DNA from: Schizosaccharomyces osmophilus
Lineage: Eukaryota
Reading direction: 5' to 3'
Assembly: GCF_027921745.1 (NCBI RefSeq)
Contig: NC_079240.1
Coordinates: forward strand, 1,860,001 to 1,924,000
Length of the DNA: 64,000 nt
Shown: in pieces, positions 34,901 to 45,591 of the stretch
Position numbering within the stretch: position 1 is the stretch's first letter
How the letters are laid out: each line of letters opens with the position of its first letter
Made by a program: the position numbers and the translations under genes
The notes under the pieces: model-generated
Seen by the model: the letters and a program-made list of their open reading frames with translations, nothing else
Told to the model about the DNA's origin: nothing
Database searches by the model: none

Positions 34901-37900
34901 GCGTCTACATACTACCGGTGCTCGCCAATGGTCGTAAACTTTGCAATTGCTTTTACCAAGGTGTTTTTAGAGTATGGGTTTACGAATTACTCTGGTTTTA
35001 GTTTACTTTTCTTCTCAGTTACAGCAATGACCATTCTTGGACCTTCCGTTGCTTTAATTAAAATGTGTAATCTTGCCAGGAAACTCAACCAAAAAAATCA
35101 AAATTACACTATACAGACTTACACCGAATTTTTTTATTTATTTTATGTTGGGTATGTAACGGAATTTTTTCAAGAAAGAGTCGTTTCTATCCGTACCCTA
35201 GAGAAACACTGTGAGCCATCTAGCAATTTTCTTATAAAATATCTTTATGTGTTTTCAATTTGGGATAGTTTTCTTCTATCATCAAATTACAGCGACTACG
35301 TGATTGAGTTTGATAAAACATATAATGAAGTTTTGAAAGAACGATTTTGTATTGAAGAAAATGAGTGCTTTCCTGTTCTGCAAACCCTATTACGATGCTT
35401 TTTAGGAGAAGCTGAATTGGGCTCTTGCGACTCTTCACATTATGAGGAGCGACCATTATCGACCTCTGCTGAAAAGGGTATTTCAGATGCTTTTGGACCT
35501 TGGTATTTCTCTTGGTATTTATTAAATATTTTTCTCACAGAGGATTGGGAAAGTGCTGTTACTTATGGGTTAAATAAACTGCCGCATTACTATGAAGGGT
35601 GTTTCCTGCCAGCTCCAGGTTGCTTTGGTTATTTTTTGCTTTGCTTGGCTATAGTTAACAAGGGATTAGCTAATGGTATGCTTCCTGAAAACGAACACAA
35701 GTTTCTTTTGGAAAAGCTAGAACTTTTCCGGTATTTAAGTGCTGTATCTATTGACAGTCAAATAGCCCTGTACTCTTATTATTTACAGGCAAGTTATGTT
35801 TCTTTAGAAGGTGATTTAAAAGAAGCATCAATACTATTCGAGAAAGTTATATCTCTAGCTATAAAATCGAATGTTTATTTAGTTGAAGCTTTTGCTCTTG
35901 AGAGCGTGGGCAAATTATTTTACAAGATGCAGCTAACTACTTCTGGCATTCATTACATTGAACAGTCTGTGAACGCTTATAAATCTTTAGGATTGAAAAG
36001 AAAGTATTCTATGTTAGGCAATCGAAACATAAATAGTTTGCCTCCGAATTTGCTAAGGTTAACTGTTGATGAGACTTTTCAAACAGATATCGCAAACGAA
36101 GAAAAACCTTCTTGTTCCGATAGTAGTGATGAAGCAGAAAGTGCTAATTTAGCCGAGTCCAATTATCAAATATCATTTCCCAATGAAGACTATGAGGACC
36201 GAACATCTACGATAACAAACGTTGGAGCTGTCTCTTTAGAAGAGCTTCTCATATCGCTAGACATAATCGATCTAACCTCAGTAATGAAGTCTTGTCAAAT
36301 TATCGCTAGTGAAACTGAATTAGACGGTTTACTTTCGACAATGACACATCGGATGCTTGAAGACTCTTCAGCAGATGCGGCTTCTATTGTCATAAGAGAT
36401 GATAACCATTTCACAGTTGCAGCATATCGTACAGAGAACGTTAATGAAGGCTTTACTCCCCCCATTCCTGTATCTGAGAAACAGAAGTTTGTTCCTTCGA
36501 AAGTAATAAATTATGTTGCCCACACTCAGAAAGCTTTGCTCTCCCACAACATCCACAAAGACTTTGATTTACAATATGAAGAATGGAACGAACTAAGCGC
36601 CGAAGGAAAAAGTGTAATTGTAATTCCACTTTTTCAAAAGAAGACAGTATTTGCTATTTTATACCTACAAGGGCCACCTTTTTCTTTTCACCATCGACAT
36701 GTTTCGGTGCTTTCTATCTTAGGATCTCAAGTCAGTTTCGCAATTGTCAATATTTCTTTATTTCGTAAAGTTAAAGAGGCAACGGATGCTAATATGGAAA
36801 TTATTAAGTCACAACGCGAAGCGCTCAGTTTGGTTCGGAAATCAGAAGCGAAATACAGAAGCTTTGTGGATACTATGCCTTGTTTACTTTCCAAACTTAC
36901 CTATGAGGATGGACTGAAGGTTGATATATTTGGCTCCTTTTGGAAGGAATATTGCGGTGACATAGTTTCAAAGAAGTCAAATGTATACCAAGACCTTGTA
37001 CATCCAGATGATTATAGCATGTTGGAGCAATATATCCTTTTGCAAAGCGATGTCAATGCTCCGTTTGAAAAAGAAATCCGTATAAAAAGAAAAGATGGAA
37101 TTTACAGATGTAATCTGAGCCGCTGCACCCCTGTTTTGACTGAGTCGAAGCCGATATATATTTGTGCCACTATTGATATCGGGGATCAGAAAGAAGCAAG
37201 AGCCACTGCTTTAGAGGTAACGCGATTAAGATCCAACTTCTTGGCAAACATATCACATGAACTACGAACACCTTTTTCTGGCTTTTACGGAATGCTCTCG
37301 TTGTTAGACGAGGCTAATCTAGATTGTGAACAAAGAGACATTGTTAACGCTGCTCGACTTAGCTGCGAAATGTTACTACAAGTCATTAATGACTTACTGA
37401 ACTTTACCAAATTGGAAGCCGGCAAAGTAACTTTAGAATCAGATTTAGAATTTTCCTTGGAAGGAGTCATTGTAGACTGTATTGCATCCGTTTATTCCGT
37501 TGCTGGGAGCAAAAATGTAACAGTTTCTTACGAACTGTCGGATGACATTCCTTATTTTATTGCTGGTGATGCTTCAAAGATTGGTCAAATGCTTAAGAGT
37601 ATACTTGATAATTCTGTGAAAATGGTTGAGAGTGGCTTTATACGTGTAAAAGCCTATATATCTGAAAATGGGGAAAATGACGAATTAAGGCTTACTTTTA
37701 TTGTTGAAGATAGTAGACCACAACCGAATGCGATGTTCCAAGCTAATCTGATTAACTCTCTGAACAAATACTGTAATGACTATTTGCCTATAGATTTAAG
37801 TGGATCGGCTCTTGGCATGTCGACGTGTTTGCAATTATGTAAAATCATGGGAGGTTCTGTTTTTGTGACAGTTTCAGAAACTCCTCCTACTTTTAGAATT

Positions 37901-38866
37901 TTTTATGATTTGATGGTCCGTAAATTACGGGAAGAACGATACAGAAAAATTACCGCAGAATTAGTTGAAGCGAATGTTTTGTTTAATGCGTATATTCGCA
38001 GCAGGCATATAATACGTGCTACGAATGAACCCCTTGATTCTGATTATATTTCTAGGCTTTTGGCTAAGGCGGAAAGTCTGGTTCGTATTGACGGTTGTCC
38101 TGATACTCTCGCAAGTTTCCTTAATTATTATCGAAAGCATTTGAACATCTCTCGCTGTCTCTTGATATTAGATATAGACTCTGCTGAACACATGGAGAAG
38201 GCAGCTGCTGAACTTCAGTCTTTTCCTGATTTGAATGTTATATTCATTTCTTGTATCCCTCAGCTGAACAAAGCATATGATCGAAAGTCAATATTGCATG
38301 ACTTTTCTGAACATATCGATAAAAAGAGAACTGTGATTATGAAGCCGTATACCAAGGAGCAGTTCATAGATGCAACTTTGAGCATTGTTCGTCTAGGACA
38401 GGATAAGCTGTATGAAACCTCTCCCTGTTTACCCTCTGGCCATGAACGAAGAGAACTTAATATACAAAATTGGCAGTATAAAAGAATACGGATTTTGGTT
38501 GCCGAAGACAACAGTGTTGTACGCCTAACCCTGTGTAAACAATTAGAGCATTTGGGCTTAAACATTGAGAGTGCCAAAGATGGGAAGGAAGCAATTGATT
38601 TAATTACTTCTCATCCTTGTGGATATTATAGCCTTGCGTTTATTGATTACCACATGCCTTACTATGATGGTATAGGTGTGAGTAAGAAAATGCGAGAGTT
38701 TGAGCAACAAAATGAGTTTGGATATTCGGTGCCAATTATACTATTAACAGCTGATATTCAGCCTTCTATTGAAGAAGAAAAAGAGGACGTGGGTATCACG
38801 AAATACATAACGAAGCCCATCCGAAAAGACGAATTGATAGAAATTTTAAATGCTTATTTGGCATAA
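31991..38866 (+). CDS. mak3: Hybrid histidine kinase with S/T-kinase-like, AAA/TPR, GAF, PAS, HisKA, HATPase and receiver domains
   Basis: First ATG 31991; ISPEQTGR, YGRERE, GSEGVGKA, GAF (AILYLQ), VHPDD, FLANISHELRTP, ILVAEDN..FIDYHMP..KP. Confidence 0.9.
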   Translation: MHSKNELRNCVALALSSILKYTLEPEPFEEVYEVDNTYSLYAGFELASNRRVIAKFSTQTARIEAEYQLFCDLSKDERGRKFVSVPIEFIEFSHIDLSAHVCLDAGHRDTLSTFYDYFRNNPINYIRYCISVCRCVEFLHSKDIVHGEIRTDSFRPINSYKDVIMLNIGSGASSFHNYLQAYNWRRFYEDSQSMSRITFISPEQTGRTSYPVNHRTDIYSLGILFYNCLAGGYLHQPSFIQTIRAILTEDLPSIVDTCPKIPKTIFKIIEKMTKKNPNDRYTSCSSILADLEICYENLVNGITGGEGNFQNTTYTSLFMLPSSTYGREREIEKVKSVLRHTESTSLPIDSPSFQNPQNSHNDHIVVILITGSEGVGKATFIQDVCSRKEGYIAITKCEPSKSFLDSALISGIAQLILQLLAENQHLVHDFFYKLKNSLKGDLSLLNSVFDIVPEVKPFLQKNPYIGEIAFLSTSSNESMKSSSSTGRSLSGQEIQHDPDQRTQFGHQISFSSALITLLTMISSIKRSTIVIKNIHYADELSIDILECLIRCNVPVSLVLTCDDSCVDLLGNFLSLSHYVQEVRLKPLGFDAVNAYVQTTLHRVDEDLFPFTSYVYHVCKGNPLLMRDLLLELHNKKIIYFDWKTHQWSINYDDINLFSPESYNINVDSYSVTKLSSLPEHCRCFLAWASMMGSWFSFETVRKLCQEAEDFDFDNESLDLLLRKGIIYATSTSSYSFSRGSYKKTINSFYSEEKLQRMHARLFEMCIHNRDQYGLFDIACHIDAAFEYIKTEDNSTLNFTYLYLAAEEALNIGANKKALNLYNRCIEILPYKSYSRDNDDERKQMIRIYNGCAQANLVNNNAGAAMKMIVLAESESSNTTEAFKSRILRCRILFEDARIDESLSLVLEYLSQLDFTVEKYDMEDSKRIMKSFIPKVLKYVEEERNIDFENAVTLDDRRIEILYFLFQGFAAASTYYRCSPMVVNFAIAFTKVFLEYGFTNYSGFSLLFFSVTAMTILGPSVALIKMCNLARKLNQKNQNYTIQTYTEFFYLFYVGYVTEFFQERVVSIRTLEKHCEPSSNFLIKYLYVFSIWDSFLLSSNYSDYVIEFDKTYNEVLKERFCIEENECFPVLQTLLRCFLGEAELGSCDSSHYEERPLSTSAEKGISDAFGPWYFSWYLLNIFLTEDWESAVTYGLNKLPHYYEGCFLPAPGCFGYFLLCLAIVNKGLANGMLPENEHKFLLEKLELFRYLSAVSIDSQIALYSYYLQASYVSLEGDLKEASILFEKVISLAIKSNVYLVEAFALESVGKLFYKMQLTTSGIHYIEQSVNAYKSLGLKRKYSMLGNRNINSLPPNLLRLTVDETFQTDIANEEKPSCSDSSDEAESANLAESNYQISFPNEDYEDRTSTITNVGAVSLEELLISLDIIDLTSVMKSCQIIASETELDGLLSTMTHRMLEDSSADAASIVIRDDNHFTVAAYRTENVNEGFTPPIPVSEKQKFVPSKVINYVAHTQKALLSHNIHKDFDLQYEEWNELSAEGKSVIVIPLFQKKTVFAILYLQGPPFSFHHRHVSVLSILGSQVSFAIVNISLFRKVKEATDANMEIIKSQREALSLVRKSEAKYRSFVDTMPCLLSKLTYEDGLKVDIFGSFWKEYCGDIVSKKSNVYQDLVHPDDYSMLEQYILLQSDVNAPFEKEIRIKRKDGIYRCNLSRCTPVLTESKPIYICATIDIGDQKEARATALEVTRLRSNFLANISHELRTPFSGFYGMLSLLDEANLDCEQRDIVNAARLSCEMLLQVINDLLNFTKLEAGKVTLESDLEFSLEGVIVDCIASVYSVAGSKNVTVSYELSDDIPYFIAGDASKIGQMLKSILDNSVKMVESGFIRVKAYISENGENDELRLTFIVEDSRPQPNAMFQANLINSLNKYCNDYLPIDLSGSALGMSTCLQLCKIMGGSVFVTVSETPPTFRIFYDLMVRKLREERYRKITAELVEANVLFNAYIRSRHIIRATNEPLDSDYISRLLAKAESLVRIDGCPDTLASFLNYYRKHLNISRCLLILDIDSAEHMEKAAAELQSFPDLNVIFISCIPQLNKAYDRKSILHDFSEHIDKKRTVIMKPYTKEQFIDATLSIVRLGQDKLYETSPCLPSGHERRELNIQNWQYKRIRILVAEDNSVVRLTLCKQLEHLGLNIESAKDGKEAIDLITSHPCGYYSLAFIDYHMPYYDGIGVSKKMREFEQQNEFGYSVPIILLTADIQPSIEEEKEDVGITKYITKPIRKDELIEILNAYLA

Positions 38867-39221
38867 TGCCAGTACTTAGAGAATTTTCATGTTTTAAGAA
38901 TTAATGAGTTCTTGGGCATCAAAAGATTATGGGATGTTACATAGAATAATACCTTGAAAAAGCAAGCTTAGACATGATAGGTCCGAATAGTTTTATTTGT
39001 TAGATGTTAAATGATTAGTACTATTAAAATTAAATTATATGAGTTTGTAAAACTCATGATTACCAGCCAAAGTTTTCATGCATTTGATGAGTAAAACGGT
39101 GACACTTTTATAATACTGATTGCGCAGGAAGCACAGTCATATATATTCATTAATGTTTCAACCAAACTTTCATTACACTTCAAATCTATATATGCTACAT
39201 ATAAAAACACAAGCAAAGAAT

Positions 39222-40100
39222 TTAAGCCGTTTGAGTAGTGGCAGCCCAATCACTAGGAGCAGTTCCAGTAGTGTTCCAGTTAGCAGAATCATCCCAGGTG
39301 TTTTCAGCAACCTGACCAGCTGTGGCAGCATCCAAAACGGAGGGGTCAACAGCGGTTTGGGCAGCATCAGTGACATCAAATTCAGCAGCAGCAGCAGCCT
39401 CGGCAACAGCACCAGCTTCAGCTTCAGCAGCAACAGCCTTCTTAGCCTCCTCTTCACGCTCAACTTCTTCAGGATCACGGTAGAAGTAAAGATCGGGCAT
39501 CACTTCCCAAGGGGTGTTACGAGAAAGGGTACCACGAAGACGAAGGACTTCACGAGCCAACAAGTACCAAGCCAAACCAATGGACTTACGACCCTTGTTG
39601 TTGGTAGGGATAGCAACATCAATGTGATTCAAGCAAGAGTCAGTGTCGGTAAGGGCAATGACGGGAATGTTGACGAAAGAAGCCTCTCTGATGGCTTGAG
39701 CATCAGCACGAGGGTCAGTGACAATAATCAAACGGGGCTCGCGGTAAGTACGAGTAATATAGTTGGTGAAGTTACCAGGAGTGAAACGGCCAGCAATGGC
39801 AGTAGCTCCGGTATGGGCAGCGAACTTGAGAACAGCACGGTGACCATAAGCACGGGTAGATACGACGCAAACATCGGCAGGGTTCTCGACAGTAGCGATG
39901 ATACGAGCAGCCAAAACCAACTTTTCCCAAGTCTTACCAACATTGATGATGTGGACGCCATCGTTGCGGCGCTTCCAGACATAGGGATCCATACGGACCT
40001 CTAAGTTCTTGGAGCCAATATGGCTGCTAGCAGCAAGGAGCTGCTTAATGTCTTCTTCTGTAGCATTCAAAACGGAAGGTCTGGTAGTAACTTCAGCCAT
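39222..40100 (-). CDS. rps0: 40S ribosomal protein S0/SA (uS2)
   Basis: [47 protein letters not shown]. Confidence 0.97.
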   Translation of the reverse strand: MAEVTTRPSVLNATEEDIKQLLAASSHIGSKNLEVRMDPYVWKRRNDGVHIINVGKTWEKLVLAARIIATVENPADVCVVSTRAYGHRAVLKFAAHTGATAIAGRFTPGNFTNYITRTYREPRLIIVTDPRADAQAIREASFVNIPVIALTDTDSCLNHIDVAIPTNNKGRKSIGLAWYLLAREVLRLRGTLSRNTPWEVMPDLYFYRDPEEVEREEEAKKAVAAEAEAGAVAEAAAAAEFDVTDAAQTAVDPSVLDAATAGQVAENTWDDSANWNTTGTAPSDWAATTQTA

Positions 40101-40166
40101 GTTGTTTGCGTTTATATAACTTAGTTAACTTGTCGCAAACGCTTTTCTTCAAATGCTACCAACAGA

Positions 40167-40174
40167 TGTGACTG
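40167..40174 (-). promoter_or_regulatory. Homol D box of rps0
   Basis: TGTGACTG (reverse complement CAGTCACA) about 67 bp upstream of the ATG. Confidence 0.85.
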
Positions 40175-40713
40175 TTTTTTTCGTAAATAAACGAGATCGT
40201 ATTATAGACAATATTTAGAACAGAAACAATTCGAATTACTTACAATAAATATTAGTTTCTAAACCGTATTACAATTTATTATTAATATCTTTTTGTTGTG
40301 ATGGTATCTCAAAGCATCCAGAGTTAATCGAATTTCCTTCGTTGACTATGTAGTAAAAAAGTATTCAAACAGTATTATGTATATTGCAGGAAAAATAATC
40401 TCTATTACCCATTGTTGTACTCTAGAAGCAGCATTCATTACTACTGTATATCTTAGCTTTTAAGAGTCCAAAATTCAATTAATAAGGATGATAAATTAAA
40501 CCATTTTTCGCGCAAGCAGTTAGAATGCTTACAAAAACAGGAAAAGATTCAATAAAGGAGTGTGTGTGATTGACTTCATGCAATAATTGTATGTCAGCAA
40601 CTGAAAGTCAATAGAACCAAAAAGCAAAATATCTTTTTTCCGAACATCGATTAGCAAGAGTCATAATTAGAAAGGAATATAAGGAAACGCTGCCTATTTG
40701 TGAGATGGTATTT

Positions 40714-42414
40714 TTAAATATATTGGGTCGCTGTGTCATGTACCACATCGGATACTACTAGCGTATGAAAGGCAGTCTGAATTTCAGCGTGCATATTTTG
40801 AACAGCCACCGTCGTGGTAGTTGTCGTTTCTTGTCCATTGATTGTATGGACGAATGGGGAAGCGGCATTCGAATAAGAAGTTACCGTAGTAAGAAAAATG
40901 TTGGCTTTTGCACTAGTAGGAGAAAACTTAGATTCGGAACCATATTTTCCCTTGTTATTACTATTGTTGGATGAACCATTCTTGGATTCACCTGTACCTG
41001 TAGTCATTATTGGGACTACAGGGACGTTGGTTGAAGAAGACCATCCACTATTGCGAGGATCGGGTTGACTGCTTTTAAAAGTACTTGACCCGGTCACTAC
41101 TGTATTGCTAGCAACAGGTTTGTTCTCGGGTGCGGTTGATTGGCTATCCTGGCCGGTCAATTGATTCTTTCCGCGACTGACCGTGTTGACAGTTACAAAG
41201 TTAGTAAAAGAAAGGCTTCTGTCTGACGAAATCTCACTACTAGCTTTATGATAACCACTTATTTCTGAACCAGTGGTACTAGGGTTTGCAGTACTTTTGG
41301 GTGCCGGCAAAGAGAATGACGACGAACTTTGCGAATTTGTTTGGGTATTTAAAGTTAGTATGGACGAAGAGAAGCCACTAGGAAGTGCAAACGCGCTAGA
41401 ATTAGTCAAACTACTTGAAGTCATTTCTGCTGTCGAAGTAGCAGAAGCAGTTGGGGCGGCAGTACCAGAAGACATAGCTGATGAGGAGCTCATTTGGTCA
41501 CTGTAGTCCACAACAACAATTCGAGCTTTTGTTCCAGGTTGAAAGCCAACAACACAAAAACAGGCATCACCTGCTCCATTTGGACTCCCGTCAGGGCATC
41601 CTTGTACACCTTTTTCGCGAGGATCCATATAGCATGGTAGCCCGGAACAAGTATTGCCTTCACATTCAACCTTTAATCCAAACCTTGGCTTAATAGTAGA
41701 CCAATAGGGATCATCCAGATAAATCGGATTTGCACCCAGCTTCACATAAGTAATGTTATTTTCATCCATGTTGGCACCGACTACGTAAGGGGCCCAGTTT
41801 CCGTAGGGCTTGTCAGAAGTACCCCATATACAGCTCTCACTTGTAGAAAAACCTGGGGGATTAACATAGTAATGGGCAGCAGTACCAACCCAGTAAGAGG
41901 CATCTGGAACTGCCAAAACTTGTTCTGAACCAGCAGAGACCCAAGTTGGTATAAGCATAGCTTCGTTACCAGGCAAAACGGTCTGGCAAAAAGAAACTCC
42001 TTTTCCAGTTTCATCAATTGCAAAGACATTACCAACTCCTGGATAACAGTACTCCTTGTCGTCAAAGGGTTTTACGGCATTACCATTTGAGTCACAATAG
42101 AGTCCTCCATGCATGGACTCGGGATAAGAATACGATTTTGCATGAGGGCTCCATTGAGCCATTACATATCCTGGTTCGCAGGCATAGGGGCACCAAGAAT
42201 CTGAAGTACAATACTGATTGGGAGACATGGCCCAGCCAGCATTTCCCTTTTCTGGTGTTACAGCGACCATTTTCTCGGCATAGGGGAAAGTACACTGTCC
42301 AGCATCACGCTTTTGACCTCCATGGTGATGACGATGATGGGGGAAAGCGTTTGCAGCCTGTAAATCTGCCCAAGTCAAGAGAAGTAAAAGTAGGCTCTTG
42401 TACATGTGGAACAT
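40714..42414 (-). CDS. adg3: Secreted SUN-family (GH132) beta-glucanase with Ser/Thr-rich tail
   Basis: Signal peptide, KR site, GWAMSP..CPYACEPG, GGLYC, FCQTVLPGNE, AHYYVN, GNWAPY; start at 42414 or 42405. Confidence 0.85.
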   Translation of the reverse strand: MFHMYKSLLLLLLTWADLQAANAFPHHRHHHGGQKRDAGQCTFPYAEKMVAVTPEKGNAGWAMSPNQYCTSDSWCPYACEPGYVMAQWSPHAKSYSYPESMHGGLYCDSNGNAVKPFDDKEYCYPGVGNVFAIDETGKGVSFCQTVLPGNEAMLIPTWVSAGSEQVLAVPDASYWVGTAAHYYVNPPGFSTSESCIWGTSDKPYGNWAPYVVGANMDENNITYVKLGANPIYLDDPYWSTIKPRFGLKVECEGNTCSGLPCYMDPREKGVQGCPDGSPNGAGDACFCVVGFQPGTKARIVVVDYSDQMSSSSAMSSGTAAPTASATSTAEMTSSSLTNSSAFALPSGFSSSILTLNTQTNSQSSSSFSLPAPKSTANPSTTGSEISGYHKASSEISSDRSLSFTNFVTVNTVSRGKNQLTGQDSQSTAPENKPVASNTVVTGSSTFKSSQPDPRNSGWSSSTNVPVVPIMTTGTGESKNGSSNNSNNKGKYGSESKFSPTSAKANIFLTTVTSYSNAASPFVHTINGQETTTTTTVAVQNMHAEIQTAFHTLVVSDVVHDTATQYI

Positions 42415-43598
42415 GAACAAAATAAGATTCCTGTGACAATAAAAAGAAAGGAAGATCAGTAATTAGAACAGAAGCACAGCAATAAATCAGTTTTTAGGTC
42501 CCGAATGCCCAAATGAACGAACAAAAGATACAGACTGTCTTTGACCAGGAAGTCGATTAGTAGTAAGGCCCTCCATATTTAAACTATTAGAAAAATTTGC
42601 GATTTTACATGCACCAAATTACATGACGAGCATGAGATTCACGAAAATCGTTGAGGTGGTTGGTAAGTGAGAAGTAAGCAGTTCTTATGCAATTAGAACT
42701 GCAAAACAAGACCATATTTCCATGAAATATAGAAGAGTCAGGTATTCAAGGGAAAACATATGTATTAGCTGTTCCTTATTGCAGCAGTTGTGTACTTGTT
42801 TTTGTTTACAAGGTCGAACTTGCTTTTCATGGCCGGCTTAAGTATAATTGACGGTAATATATTTGGAAGAAAAGAAGTAAACGACGCTATTAAATGAAGC
42901 AGTGCAAATGGTAAAAAGAGAAAAGTATGAGCTGCACGAAGTGATGTATAGAACTTTGTGGTTGTTGCCAGTGGAAATCCTGTCAGTTTCAAAAGCCGAA
43001 GCTTTTCAAGCTCTACAGCGACAGCTTGGGAATTGGAACGAAATCATGAGAACAGAATATACTTCGAATTTATCAGTTAGTGGAAGGAGTGTAGTGCTCA
43101 ATAAGAGCTTTCATGATTCGGTCGATGTGGTTCTGCGAAATTTCGTCAAAGAGTTTTTAGGTAAAACAGGTACTAAATTTTACTTTTAATTACTAGTTAT
43201 ACGAGCTATTTCACATATGTTACTGTTCAATTGGGAATCCTTTGTATATCGTATTAGGCATTCTCATTACGATACATAAGGACGTTGCTACCTTCTAAGA
43301 GAAATGAAATTCATCACTTTTAACCGGAACAAAACTATAATAAAGTGCAAGAACAATCCAGCATCCTTATTTCTGTTGTTTTTTTATTGCTTGCGATTCT
43401 ACTCTCTCTAATTTACGCAAGTGGATTTGTTTTGGATATTAAGTGATTTTTTTTTTTTTTCAGTTGGACTAGAATTTGGAACATTGCCGTATTGGTTGGA
43501 AAAGGATTATATTGGTTTAGCTAAAACTCAAGTAAATAGTGAAACCCCATTTGATTCAATTAGTTTGGAAATAAATTGTGAGTGAGTCAGGAAAGACG

Positions 43599-44963
43599 AT
43601 GGACTTCTTGAAACTCAGTGTGAAACGAAGTAGTTTGCCTTTTATTGTCGGAACAATCGCAATTGCGTTGTTTACAGACCTTTTTCTCTATGGTGTTATT
43701 ACTCCCATTCTTCCCTTTTCGTTGGTAGATCGAGTTGGGGTTCCCCCAGAAAAAGTTCAGACTGTCATCAGTACACTTCTTTCTGTCTATGCAATCGCAA
43801 ACATTACAGCAAGTTCCCCGATTGGGTACCTTGCAGACAAATTCTTAACTAGAAAAATGCCCATGCTAATTGGGCTCTTGTTTTTGACATCTGCAACAGG
43901 TTTACTCACAGTAGGCACGAACGTGCCTATGCTCATCATAGCCCGCGCTCTTCAAGGATTGTCTGCGGCGGTCGTTTGGACAGTGGGCTTGGCTTTATTA
44001 GTCGATGTCGTTGGACCAGAGCATATTGGGTCAACGATGGGTGGAATTTTTGGTTTTATTTCTCTTGGTGAAATAGTCGCCCCTGTATTTGGAGGAATTA
44101 TATATGAATCCATGGGTTATTATGCTGCCTTTGGTATGTGCTTCATTATTCTGTTCATCGATATAGTCCTCCGGCTTCTTATGATTGAGCCAAGAGAAGC
44201 AAAGAAAATTTCACCTGATGACCCTGAAAGCCAGCCAATTTTACGTCCTACAAATGATCCTCTAACATCTAACAGCGCTTCGTCGAATCCAATTGTTAAA
44301 ATCTTTTGTCTACCTATTTACAAACTTTTATCTCATCGTCAGCTCATTGGACCTTTTTGGACGAGTTTTGTAAATTCATCTTTGTTTTCTTCTTTTGATG
44401 CCACAGTTCCATTGGAGTTGCAAAAGATTTTTGGATTTAATTCCCTTCAATGTGGCTTAATGTTTGGCGTTTTAAGTACTCCATACTTTTTCTGCGGAGC
44501 TTGGGCCGGCGCTATGGTAGACCGCAAAGGCTCTCGGACCATTGGTATGTACTCCTACGCTGTCCTGGGTTCTACCTTACTTCTTTTGTGTATACCTAGA
44601 ACATACTCTATTTCCAACGTATACTTGTTTGGTATCTTTTTGGCTTTGAATGGTGTTGTCTTGTCATTCACATCATCTCCAGGATTTGTCCAGTCCTCTC
44701 GTTATGTTGCCGAATACGAGCTGGAACACCCTACTTTCTTTGGACGTAATGGCCCTTATACACAGCTCTTTAGTGCTTACAACATTGTTTACTCTCTTGG
44801 CATGATTATCGGTCCTGTAGTCGCTGGATTTCTTCGGGATCGTTACGGTTTTATCGCTTCAACTATTTCCATATCAGCACTATGTTTCAGTGCTAGCATC
44901 GTAGCATGGTATTGCTTTAGTGATCGTGATGAAAATGAAGAGTCTGTTCACTGTTCATTTTAA
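43599..44963 (+). CDS. MFS transporter, VMAT/SLC18-like
   Basis: ALFTDLFLYGVITPILP, GYLADK, ARALQGLSAAVVWTVGLAL; about 12 TM segments. Confidence 0.88.
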   Translation: MDFLKLSVKRSSLPFIVGTIAIALFTDLFLYGVITPILPFSLVDRVGVPPEKVQTVISTLLSVYAIANITASSPIGYLADKFLTRKMPMLIGLLFLTSATGLLTVGTNVPMLIIARALQGLSAAVVWTVGLALLVDVVGPEHIGSTMGGIFGFISLGEIVAPVFGGIIYESMGYYAAFGMCFIILFIDIVLRLLMIEPREAKKISPDDPESQPILRPTNDPLTSNSASSNPIVKIFCLPIYKLLSHRQLIGPFWTSFVNSSLFSSFDATVPLELQKIFGFNSLQCGLMFGVLSTPYFFCGAWAGAMVDRKGSRTIGMYSYAVLGSTLLLLCIPRTYSISNVYLFGIFLALNGVVLSFTSSPGFVQSSRYVAEYELEHPTFFGRNGPYTQLFSAYNIVYSLGMIIGPVVAGFLRDRYGFIASTISISALCFSASIVAWYCFSDRDENEESVHCSF

Positions 44964-45591
44964 AGATGGTATGGTGCTTATTTATCGTCCAAGTGGGAAA
45001 TTCTTGACTGACGAAAATAAAAAAAATATTTAAAACACAGAACGACTTTGGTGCTGTCTCAGATCTGTTAATTATAAAAAATCGAGTGCAGTCTGGTTTA
45101 ATTAAAAAAATATTACGCACTAATTTATTTATTGTTCTGCTTGCTTTTGGTCTTATAAGGGCTGGCTGGAAACTGTATAATTTTACGGTGCTGAATGGAA
45201 AAAGTTCGGCTTCATCCTATCCGGCTATAGTGGTTGATGTTTTTGTTTATTACAACTTAGCATTGGAGCATTGGAACTCTGATATTATTATACTATATAT
45301 CTTGTCAAGTTGTATCACTCAAGGGTTTTCAGTAATTCTGTGAGAAGTTGTAAATCGCTTATGATTCCATTGCAGGTGCATAATCTTATTAATTTAGATA
45401 ATATTAGATTATATTAATTGAAGAAAGCCTAATTTACAGAAAGGTAATAAAATTATCGGGATTTTTTTCCTTCTTCAAGCCTAAAAACAATCAAAATTTG
45501 TCTGCTTTGTGTTACTTGATTGCTACCTGTCAACAATAATGCAGGCTGTTTGCCACGACGAAACTTGTCTTCCTACAATACTGAACTCTGG

